Assembly (NCBI GenBank): GCA_964425745.1
Contig: CAYRNW010000006.1
Coordinates: forward strand, 1,499-65,498
DNA length: 64,000 bases
DNA from: an uncultured Eubacteriales bacterium
GTDB taxonomy: Bacteria > Bacillota > JAAYKD01
Reading direction: 5' to 3'
Both the position numbers and the translations under genes were made by a program. Each line of letters starts with the position of its first letter. The first letter of the stretch is position 1. Below, one piece after another: positions 10,201-18,753 of this stretch. The notes beneath the pieces are model-generated. The model was not told where the DNA came from. It was given only the letters and a program-made list of their open reading frames with translations, and searched no databases.

Positions 10201-10311
10201 AATTTTGATATCCGTTCCCTCCATCTGAGATAAGGATATCAAGACACGAAGGTACAAGAAATTACTCTGGGACGGTACATCTGGTACAAAATCCGGTACA
10301 ACAAAAGCGAG

Positions 10312-11157
10312 GTGATTCGTATAAACGCATCTGAGTTCTTTAAGAAGGTATATCCCTACTTAAACAATCAAAAAAATCAAGGCGTGTTTGTTACGAATTG
10401 CTTCATTGCAGCTGGTAGCACAGTGTTTACGCTACCAAAGCTCAAGACAAAGCAAACAAGCGACAACCTTGAATATCAACGAATGATTTATAAAGGCAAA
10501 CGGCAAATAACAGCCGACATGAAGGCGAGCTTTCCGGACCCGTTTCCGTTGGACTCTTTATCAAAGTTCTTTGCTGACAATATAAAAGAGGATAGAATTC
10601 GCGATGTCATGACAGCTTTTTCAATGCCCCCTTCTGCGGAACCGGAAAAGTTCTTGCTATCAAAATCACTGGCGTTGCAGTTTCAGCTACTTATTCAGAG
10701 CGAAAGCAATGATGTTGATGATATTGTCGCAACCAAATACCAACAACTGCTGTTAGAACCTGCCACGCAGCCAGTAAAGAGGTTATCTCCGCTCTATCCG
10801 GGAGATAGCGCTTGGGTTCTTGAATGTAAGCCGCAACGCTCATATTCGGTTCATTGTTACGATAAATTCCAACATACGTGGGTAATTCGAAATAACGGAA
10901 GTCAGACATGGCGTGGTCGCAAACTGGTTTTTATAAACAGCAATGAAGTGCGACCAAGAGCAGATGCAAACAACATTGAAATACCGGATACGCCACCAGG
11001 TAAGGATATAAAAATAACCACAGGCTTTGACGCCCGTGGTTTTGAGGGGAAGTATGAGTGTATATGGCAAATGCAGGATAGCAGTGGTAATGATTGCTTT
11101 CCCAATAATGAAAAACAGTTTTGCATATTATTTGATATAAAATTCCAATCAAAATAG
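10312..11157 (+). CDS. Hypothetical protein with C-terminal Nbr1-FW (four-tryptophan) domain
   Basis: C-terminus HTWVIRNNGSQTWRGRKLVFINSNEV..GKYECIWQMQDSSGNDCF matches the Nbr1 FW pattern W..N.G...W...W. The first in-frame start is GTG 10312, embedded in AGCGAGG, so the start is uncertain. Confidence 0.5.
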   Translation: MIRINASEFFKKVYPYLNNQKNQGVFVTNCFIAAGSTVFTLPKLKTKQTSDNLEYQRMIYKGKRQITADMKASFPDPFPLDSLSKFFADNIKEDRIRDVMTAFSMPPSAEPEKFLLSKSLALQFQLLIQSESNDVDDIVATKYQQLLLEPATQPVKRLSPLYPGDSAWVLECKPQRSYSVHCYDKFQHTWVIRNNGSQTWRGRKLVFINSNEVRPRADANNIEIPDTPPGKDIKITTGFDARGFEGKYECIWQMQDSSGNDCFPNNEKQFCILFDIKFQSK

Positions 11158-11182
11158 TGCTGGATATTTGGAGGATATAAAC

Positions 11183-11383
11183 GTGAGCGATAAAAGCATT
11201 GAAAAATGGTCTACATTAAAAGAAGTACAAGAATATCTCGGTGTCGGCCGCGAGACCATTCTGCAATGGATCGCAAAAAGAAATATGCCCGCCTATAAGG
11301 TAGGCAGGCTCTGGAAATTCAAACTGTCCGAGGTTGACGACTGGATTCGTTCGGGCGGCGCTGACGACAGGAATGCAGAATAA
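11183..11383 (+). CDS. Excisionase/AlpA-like MerR-type HTH DNA-binding protein
   Basis: 66 aa with LKEVQEYLGVGRETILQWIAKRNMPAYKVGRLWKF. GGAGGA SD 7 nt before GTG 11183 (the ORF-track TTG at 11168 lies in the SD). Confidence 0.6.
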   Translation: MSDKSIEKWSTLKEVQEYLGVGRETILQWIAKRNMPAYKVGRLWKFKLSEVDDWIRSGGADDRNAE

Positions 11384-11478
11384 GTCCGTTTTATGGGACA
11401 GGCCAAAATTTAGAATTAGCGTGTGGCATTATAGCCAAAATCGCAAATATAAAAGCGAAAAGGATAGGGTGAAATACT

Positions 11479-13488
11479 ATGGACAATCAAGTGCACAATT
11501 CAATAGTTAGCTTTATATGGGGTATTGCAGACGACTGCCTCCGTGATATATATGTACGCGGCAAATACCGCGATGTTATTCTGCCAATGACGGTTATCCG
11601 CCGTCTTGACGCAATGCTTGAGGATACCAAGCAAGCGGTGCTGGATATGAAAAAAACATTGGATGCCGCCGGTATTACCAACCAATGGCCCGCGCTTTGC
11701 AACGCTGCGGGACAGGCATTCTGCAATGCTTCGCCATTCCGTCTGCGCGACCTCACCAGCCGCGCGAAGAAGCAGACTTTGAAGACCGATTTTGAGGCCT
11801 ATCTCGACGGTTTTTCGCCAAACGTGCAGGAAATCCTCGAAAAATTCAAGTTCCGCAATCAGATTGATACTATGATCGACGCCGACATTCTCGGCGCGGT
11901 TATTGAAAAGTTTATTTCTCCAACCATTAACTTGAGTCCGAAGCCGGTTTACAAGGACGATACCAAAGAGGAAATCCGCCTGCCTGCGCTGGATAACCAT
12001 GGCATGGGTACTGTCTTTGAGGAGCTTATCCGCAAGTTCAACGAGGAAAACAACGAGGAAGCCGGAGAACACTGGACTCCTCGTGATGTTGTCGAGCTTA
12101 TGGCCGACCTTGTTTTTGCGCCGATTGCCGACAAGATAATGGACGCCACCTATTCCTGTTATGATGGTGCTTGTGGTACCGGCGGCATGCTGACTGTTGC
12201 ACAGGAACGGCTGATGACGCTTGCAGAACAGTCCGGCAAACAAGTATCAATTCACCTTTTCGGGCAGGAGATCAACCCCGAAACTTACGCAATCGCAAAG
12301 GCGGATATGCTGCTGAAAGGCGACGGGGATCAAGCCGAGCATATCGGCTTTGGCTCCACGCTATCAAATGACCACAACGCAACCCGCCAATTTGACTTCA
12401 TGCTTTCCAATCCGCCTTACGGGAAGAGCTGGAAAACCGACGCCGAGAAGATGGGCGGTAAAAAAGATATACTGGATACAAGGTTTAACATATACCTCGA
12501 AAACGGCGAGCAGCTCGCCATGATTCCGCGCACAAGCGACGGCCAGCTCCTGTTTCTGCTGAACAATGCGGCAAAGATGAAAAAAGACACGCCGCTCGGC
12601 AGCCGTATTGCCGAGGTACATAACGGTTCCTCGCTCTTTACGGGCGATGCGGGGAGCGGTGAGAGCAATGCGCGCAGATATCTTATTGAAAGCGACCTTG
12701 TCGAGGCGATCATCGCCTTGCCGGAAAATATGTTTTACAACACAGGCATCGGTACATATATTTGGGTTTTGTCCAACAAAAAAGAAGACCGCCGCAAGGG
12801 GAAAATTCAATTGATCGATGCCACGGCCATGAAATCCCCGCTTCGCAAAAACATGGGTAAAAAGAACTGCGAATTTACGGAGGAAATCCGCGCGGAGATT
12901 CTGCGCATTTTCATGGAGATGGAAGAGAGCGAAGTAAGCCGCATCTTCAATAACGAGGAGTTTGGCTACTGGGCTATTACAGTGGAAAGGCCGCTTCGCT
13001 TGAGAGTATTCCCGGAAAGGCATATTCCTGATTCTGTTTTCAAGAATGCGGATGAACGCGCCGATTACGAACGGGCTATTAGTAGATTGCCGAAAAATAC
13101 TCCTTTGGATAATTGGGAGGCGTTTGCCAAAGCGGCAAAATTGAAGGCGGCGCTGCTTAAAAAGGTGCGCCCCTATATCACCGAAAAAGACCCGTCCGCG
13201 CAGCCGGTTGAGGGAGAGTCCGATACCGACCTTCGCGACACGGAAATTGTTCCGTTTGCCTATGACGGCGGCATCGAAGCCTTCATGAAAAACGAAGTGC
13301 TTCCGTATGCGCCAGACGCGTGGGTGGATGAGAAAAAAACACAGATTGGCTATGAGATCAGCTTTACGAAATATTTCTACAAGCCGGTTGAGCTGCGTTC
13401 TTTAAAGGATATTCTTTCTGACCTCAAAACTCTTGAAAAAGAGACGGACGGCATGATGGCGGAAATCATCGGGGGGCTTGAGGAATGA
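11479..13488 (+). CDS. hsdM: Type I restriction-modification system, DNA methyltransferase subunit M
   Basis: N6-adenine MTase motif LSNPPYG and HsdM N-terminal domain. GC-rich relative to surroundings. Confidence 0.95.
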   Translation: MDNQVHNSIVSFIWGIADDCLRDIYVRGKYRDVILPMTVIRRLDAMLEDTKQAVLDMKKTLDAAGITNQWPALCNAAGQAFCNASPFRLRDLTSRAKKQTLKTDFEAYLDGFSPNVQEILEKFKFRNQIDTMIDADILGAVIEKFISPTINLSPKPVYKDDTKEEIRLPALDNHGMGTVFEELIRKFNEENNEEAGEHWTPRDVVELMADLVFAPIADKIMDATYSCYDGACGTGGMLTVAQERLMTLAEQSGKQVSIHLFGQEINPETYAIAKADMLLKGDGDQAEHIGFGSTLSNDHNATRQFDFMLSNPPYGKSWKTDAEKMGGKKDILDTRFNIYLENGEQLAMIPRTSDGQLLFLLNNAAKMKKDTPLGSRIAEVHNGSSLFTGDAGSGESNARRYLIESDLVEAIIALPENMFYNTGIGTYIWVLSNKKEDRRKGKIQLIDATAMKSPLRKNMGKKNCEFTEEIRAEILRIFMEMEESEVSRIFNNEEFGYWAITVERPLRLRVFPERHIPDSVFKNADERADYERAISRLPKNTPLDNWEAFAKAAKLKAALLKKVRPYITEKDPSAQPVEGESDTDLRDTEIVPFAYDGGIEAFMKNEVLPYAPDAWVDEKKTQIGYEISFTKYFYKPVELRSLKDILSDLKTLEKETDGMMAEIIGGLEE

Positions 13489-14834
13489 GAGCATATAGTG
13501 AATATTGCCGTGTTGATGCTGAGTGGCTTGGCTCTCTCCCTTCACATTGGGATTGCAAAAAGATTGGAGCTTTGTTTTCACAACGAAAAGAAAAAGTCTC
13601 CGATAAAGACTTTGCACCACTTTCTGTTACGAAAAATGGTATTTTGCCACAACTATCAAATGCGGCAAAATCAAATGATGGAGACAACCGAAAACTTGTA
13701 CGCGCGGGAGATTTTGTAATTAACAGTCGCTCCGACCGAAAAGGTTCTTGTGGAGTGTCGTTTCTTGATGGCTCTGTTTCTCTCATAAACATTGTGCTGA
13801 CACCACGACAAGATTGGAATAGCAGGTATGTACATTATCTTCTTCGTAGTCATCTTTTTTCCGAAGAATACTATCATTACGGGAGAGGCATAGTTGCTGA
13901 TCTTTGGACAACAAGATACAGCGAAATGAAAAACATATATCTTCCCGTACCACCATGTGCCGAACAAGACCAGATTGTACGCTATTTGGATTGGCAGGTT
14001 TCAAAAATAAACAAGCTTATAAAAGCAAAGAAAAAGCAAATTACTTTACTTGATGATCTGAAGCGCTCGGTTGTGAACGATGCTATTACTCATGGCCTTA
14101 ATCCGAATGTAGAAATGAAGTCTAGTGGTGTTGTATGGCTTGGAGATATTCCTGCCCACTGGACAACCATAAAACTTAGACAAATACTAACACCTGTAAG
14201 TATTAAGAACCACCCAGAACTACCTCTTTTATCTGTTGTCCGTGAGAAAGGTGTGATTATTAGGGATGTTGAGGATAAAGACAGCAACCATAATTACATA
14301 CCAGATGACTTGAGTGGCTACAAAATGGTAAAAAAAGACCAATTTGCTATGAATAAAATGAAGGCATGGCAAGGGTCATATGGTATATCTAATTATACAG
14401 GTATTGTAAGTCCAGCATATTACATCTTCAACGTAGCTTTTGATAATCTTAAGTATTTCCATTATGCTATCAGAAGCAAAGTTTATGTAAATTTCTTTGC
14501 ACAGGCATCCGATGGTATTCGAGTAGGTCAGTGGGATTTATCTATTCCCAAAATGAAGGAAATTCCATTCATCGTTCCACCAGAGGATGAACAGAAAGCT
14601 ATTGTCGAGTATATACCTAAAGCTTGCGCTAAATATGATGCAGGAATAACGCGATTGACAGAGGAAGTTGCACTTTTGGAAGAATATAGAGCAAAGCTTA
14701 TTTCCGATGTTGTCACCGGTCAGATTGATGTTCGTGGCATTGAAATCCCGGAATATGAGTATGTAGAAGAATCCGATGAAGAGTCCGACGAGATGGACGG
14801 TGCGGACGAAGAAGCGGAAGAACAGGAGGAATGA
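13485..14834 (+). CDS. hsdS: Type I restriction-modification specificity subunit S (two target-recognition domains), unusual acidic C-terminal tail
   Basis: ATGA overlap with hsdM. Two TRD/conserved-repeat architecture. Tail EESDEESDEMDGADEEAEEQEE. Confidence 0.9.
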   Translation: MRAYSEYCRVDAEWLGSLPSHWDCKKIGALFSQRKEKVSDKDFAPLSVTKNGILPQLSNAAKSNDGDNRKLVRAGDFVINSRSDRKGSCGVSFLDGSVSLINIVLTPRQDWNSRYVHYLLRSHLFSEEYYHYGRGIVADLWTTRYSEMKNIYLPVPPCAEQDQIVRYLDWQVSKINKLIKAKKKQITLLDDLKRSVVNDAITHGLNPNVEMKSSGVVWLGDIPAHWTTIKLRQILTPVSIKNHPELPLLSVVREKGVIIRDVEDKDSNHNYIPDDLSGYKMVKKDQFAMNKMKAWQGSYGISNYTGIVSPAYYIFNVAFDNLKYFHYAIRSKVYVNFFAQASDGIRVGQWDLSIPKMKEIPFIVPPEDEQKAIVEYIPKACAKYDAGITRLTEEVALLEEYRAKLISDVVTGQIDVRGIEIPEYEYVEESDEESDEMDGADEEAEEQEE

Positions 14835-14837
14835 GTA

Positions 14838-17804
14838 ATGGCTTTTACCAACACAAAGGAAAGCGGTCTTGAGGCCTTAATTGTTGATTGGCTTGTTAAT
14901 CATAACGGCTACGAGCAGGGCACAAATACGGATTTTAACCGTGAATATGCGATTGATGAAATGCGCCTGTTTCGCTTCCTGCAGGACACGCAGCCGGACG
15001 CCATGGAAAAGCTGGGTGTATTTAAGGCTGACCTTAAAAAGAAGCAGTTTTTGAACCGACTGCAGGGCGAGCTTGCCAAGCGCGGCATTATTGACGTGCT
15101 GCGCAACGGTATCAAGATATACCCGGTTGACCTCATCATGTTCTATCTGACGCCGACGGAAAATAACGCCAAGGCCAGACTGATGCATGAGAAGAACATA
15201 TTCAGCGTTACCAGACAATTGCAGTATTCTATGGACGCAACGCGGCTGGCGCTGGATTTGTGCGTCTTTATCAACGGCTTGCCGGTTATCACCTTTGAAC
15301 TAAAGAACCAGCTGACAAAGCAGACGGTGGACGACGCAGTAGAGCAATATAAAAACGACCGCGACCCGCGCGAGCTGCTGTTCCAGTTCAAGCGCTGCAT
15401 GGTTCATTTTGCCGTGGACGATGCCCGCGTGAAATTTTGCACAAAACTGGACGGAAAAAGCAGCTGGTTCCTGCCTTTTGACAAAGGCTATAACGACGGA
15501 GCGGGCAACCCGCCTAACCACGATGGCATTATGACTGACTATTTGTGGAAGGATATCCTCTCAAAAAAGAAGCTCTGCCGTATAATTGAAAACTATGCTC
15601 AGGTGGTTGAAGAGATAGATCCGGAAACAAAGAAAAAATCCGTAAAACAGATATTCCCACGCTACCATCAGCTTGATGTGGTTGAAAGCCTTTTTGCCGA
15701 CGTAAAACGCAATGGCATCGGTAAACGCTATCTTATCCAGCACAGCGCGGGCAGCGGCAAGTCCAATTCCATCGCATGGTTGGCGCATCAGTTGATTGGG
15801 CTTGAAAAAGATGGCCATCCGATGCTCGATTCCGTTCTTGTAGTTACAGACCGCCGCATTCTGGATAAGCAGATCCGCGACACCATTAAGCAGTTTATGC
15901 AGGTACAGAACACAGTGGCATGGGCTGAACGTTCTGGGGATCTCCGTAAAGCTATACAGGATGGCAAACGAATCATAGTTACTACTATTGAGAAGTTTCC
16001 ATATATTGTTTCTGATATTGGTACTGAACATAAAGACAGGCGTTTTGCTGTTATTATTGATGAAGCCCATTCCGGACAAAGCGGACGAAACTCCGCGCAG
16101 ATGAACCTTGCTCTCTCTGGCCTTGCCTCAGACGATGAGATGGACAATGAAGATAAAATCAATGCGATGATGGAAGGCCGCAAGCTGCTGCAGAATGCCA
16201 GTTATTTTGCCTTTACTGCTACGCCGAAGAATAAGACGCTTGAGACATTCGGTATCCCATATCAAGATGGGGATAAAATTAAACATCGGCCGTTCCATGT
16301 ATATACTATGAAGCAGGCAATTCAGGAAGGCTTTATCCTTGATGTTCTTAAATATTACACACCGATCGACAGTTATTACCGACTGATGAAAACTGTCGAG
16401 GATGACCCGATGTTTGATAAAAAGCGTGCTCAAAAGAAGCTACGTTCGTTTGTCGAGAGTGATAGCTATACCATTTCGCAGAAAGCACAAATGATGGTTG
16501 ACCATTTCCACGAACAGGTTATTGCCAAAGGCAAAATCGGCGGACAAGCCCGTGCCATGGTGGTTACAGCCAGTATTCCGCGCTGCATTGAATACTATTA
16601 TGCGATTAACAAGTGCTTAGCTGCGCGCCACAGCCCATACAAGTCGATTATTGCATTCTCCGGGGAACATAAGTATCAAAACCAGGAACCTGCGCTGACT
16701 TCAGCGGCGATGAATGGTTTCCCGGATGCCTCAATTCCGAAGACATTCAAAAAAGACCCGTATCGCCTTCTGATTGTGGCGGATATGTTCCAGACCGGTT
16801 TTGACGAGCCGTTGCTCCATACGATGTATGTGGACAAGATGCTTTATGATATAAAGGCGGTGCAGACCCTTTCACGGCTCAACCGTGCTTGCCCTAAAAA
16901 ATACGATACTTTTGTATTGGACTTTGCGAACAAAACATCAATCATTGAAGAAGCGTTTTCACGCTACTACCGTACGACCATTCTATCCGGCGAGACCGAT
17001 CCCAATAAGCTGTATGACATTATTGCGCTTATGGAGGGATATCAGGTTTATTCTGCGGAACACGTTGAAAAGCTGGTTGATTTGTATTTGAGCGGAGCCG
17101 AGCGTGACAGGATCGACCCGATTCTGGACGCTTGCGCTGCGGTTTATAAGGAACTCCAAACAGACGATCAGATCAAGTTCAAGAGCGCTGCAAAATCCTT
17201 TGTGCGTACATATGGATTCCTTGGAGCCATTTTGCCATACGGCAATGCCGATTGGGAGAAGCTGTCTATCTTCTTGAATCTGCTGATTCCGAAGCTGCCC
17301 GCGCCGCGAGAAGACGATCTTTCACAGGGTATTCTTGATGCCATCGATTTGGATAGTTACCGCCTGGAAGCGCGTGAGGTGATGTCAATCAAGTTGGAGG
17401 ACGAGGACGCAGAGGTTGCCCCGGTTCCTACCGGTAAAATCGGACATATTGTCGACCCCGAGATGGATTTGCTTTCCTCTATACTTTCGGCTTTCAACGA
17501 TATGTTCGGGAACATTGACTGGAAGGACGCCGACAACGTCCGAAGACAGATTCTCGAAATACCTGCAATGGTATCCAAGGACAAGAGATATCAGAACGCC
17601 ATGAAGAACTCCGACAAACAGGAAGCGCGCACTGAGAGTGAGCGGGCGCTACAGCAGGTTATTTTCTCAATTATGTCCGATAATATGGAGCTTTTCAAAC
17701 AGTTCCAAGACAACCCATCGTTCAAGAAATGGCTCTCTGATATGGTATTTAACCTTACTTACAATCCGGATGGGAAACCGTATCAGATGCTAAAAAAAGA
17801 GTAG
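14838..17804 (+). CDS. hsdR: Type I restriction enzyme, R subunit (helicase/endonuclease)
   Basis: Walker A QHSAGSGKSNS. DEAH box VIIDEAHSGQ. About 990 aa, immediately after hsdS. Confidence 0.95.
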   Translation: MAFTNTKESGLEALIVDWLVNHNGYEQGTNTDFNREYAIDEMRLFRFLQDTQPDAMEKLGVFKADLKKKQFLNRLQGELAKRGIIDVLRNGIKIYPVDLIMFYLTPTENNAKARLMHEKNIFSVTRQLQYSMDATRLALDLCVFINGLPVITFELKNQLTKQTVDDAVEQYKNDRDPRELLFQFKRCMVHFAVDDARVKFCTKLDGKSSWFLPFDKGYNDGAGNPPNHDGIMTDYLWKDILSKKKLCRIIENYAQVVEEIDPETKKKSVKQIFPRYHQLDVVESLFADVKRNGIGKRYLIQHSAGSGKSNSIAWLAHQLIGLEKDGHPMLDSVLVVTDRRILDKQIRDTIKQFMQVQNTVAWAERSGDLRKAIQDGKRIIVTTIEKFPYIVSDIGTEHKDRRFAVIIDEAHSGQSGRNSAQMNLALSGLASDDEMDNEDKINAMMEGRKLLQNASYFAFTATPKNKTLETFGIPYQDGDKIKHRPFHVYTMKQAIQEGFILDVLKYYTPIDSYYRLMKTVEDDPMFDKKRAQKKLRSFVESDSYTISQKAQMMVDHFHEQVIAKGKIGGQARAMVVTASIPRCIEYYYAINKCLAARHSPYKSIIAFSGEHKYQNQEPALTSAAMNGFPDASIPKTFKKDPYRLLIVADMFQTGFDEPLLHTMYVDKMLYDIKAVQTLSRLNRACPKKYDTFVLDFANKTSIIEEAFSRYYRTTILSGETDPNKLYDIIALMEGYQVYSAEHVEKLVDLYLSGAERDRIDPILDACAAVYKELQTDDQIKFKSAAKSFVRTYGFLGAILPYGNADWEKLSIFLNLLIPKLPAPREDDLSQGILDAIDLDSYRLEAREVMSIKLEDEDAEVAPVPTGKIGHIVDPEMDLLSSILSAFNDMFGNIDWKDADNVRRQILEIPAMVSKDKRYQNAMKNSDKQEARTESERALQQVIFSIMSDNMELFKQFQDNPSFKKWLSDMVFNLTYNPDGKPYQMLKKE

Positions 17805-17826
17805 CGACTTGTACGGGAGGAAAAAC

Positions 17827-18753
17827 ATGAGTGGAGTGTTGGCTAAAACATTAAAAAAGAAAAGCACAGACGGCATTTTTGTTGAGGTTCATCATACCGA
17901 GAGCCTTGGCTTGTGCATGCCTGAACAACTGCGCCTTTTCCATTTGGCCCTGCGCAACAACAGGTTTTATTCCGGCGATTTAGAAACCATGCTGTATCGT
18001 AATATTGGTCGCTACGTCTTTTCCCGTGCAAAACTTGAAGATTTTAAGCTTGAAGACGACCTCGATTCCGTCACTGCACAAGCCTTGAGGATTATGCGCG
18101 AAAACGGAGCCGCAGATACAAAGGGCTGTGGCAACGAACTCGGCGAAATGCTTGTTTATACTTTCTTGGAGGACATGCTCGGTGCCCCAAAACTAATGAG
18201 TAGAGTGGAATTATCGACTGAATTATCACAGTTCGGCAGCGAATGTGAAAGCATTCATCTATTTACTCCGGGTTTAGAGCAGCGTTGCCAGATGGTGTTC
18301 GGCGCGTCCAATGTCGTCGGTGAAATTAAGGATGCTATTGACCGTTCATTTGAAACTATTCTCCGTATTGAAAAGCATGAAGCTCGCGAGATCAAAATGG
18401 TCGAGAAAACAATTCTTGACCGCGCATTTGACCCGGGTGAAATCGAACTTATCAAAGATATTATTTTGCCGTCTCCAGGAAAAACTCCAAGCTATAACAC
18501 TGCGTATGGCGTTTTCCTTGGATACTCTATCGGTCTGTCTTCCGAGGGACGCACATCAGAAGAATACGAGAACTTAGTAATGCAAAAAATGGCATACGAT
18601 ATAAAGCAGCACGCTAAGTACATAGCCGAGAAGATTCACGCGAACCACCTTGACTCACACTCGTTTTATTTTTACATCCTGCCCTTTGACGATGCAGAAG
18701 CCGAGAAAAAGGCCATTATGGAGAATGTAATGAAGGGGGATGTTATGTTATGA
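17827..18753 (+). CDS. hamA: Hachiman-like HamA (DUF1837-like) protein
   Basis: About 308 aa with no other recognisable domain. Its stop overlaps (ATGA) the start of a large DExH helicase, the canonical HamA-HamB arrangement. GGGAGG SD before ATG 17827. Confidence 0.55.
   Translation: MSGVLAKTLKKKSTDGIFVEVHHTESLGLCMPEQLRLFHLALRNNRFYSGDLETMLYRNIGRYVFSRAKLEDFKLEDDLDSVTAQALRIMRENGAADTKGCGNELGEMLVYTFLEDMLGAPKLMSRVELSTELSQFGSECESIHLFTPGLEQRCQMVFGASNVVGEIKDAIDRSFETILRIEKHEAREIKMVEKTILDRAFDPGEIELIKDIILPSPGKTPSYNTAYGVFLGYSIGLSSEGRTSEEYENLVMQKMAYDIKQHAKYIAEKIHANHLDSHSFYFYILPFDDAEAEKKAIMENVMKGDVML

Noticed and set aside
12364-13023. 219-aa antisense ORF inside hsdM, plus other long antisense ORFs (2099-2974 in the primase, 15561-16079 in hsdR, 19059-19559 in hamB, 47329-47796 in the tape measure, 40909-41319 in the glycine-rich gene)
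   Set aside because: Each lies entirely within a strongly supported gene on the opposite strand. None has a convincing SD, and their composition is repetitive or biased. They are typical artefacts in GC-rich or repetitive coding sequence.
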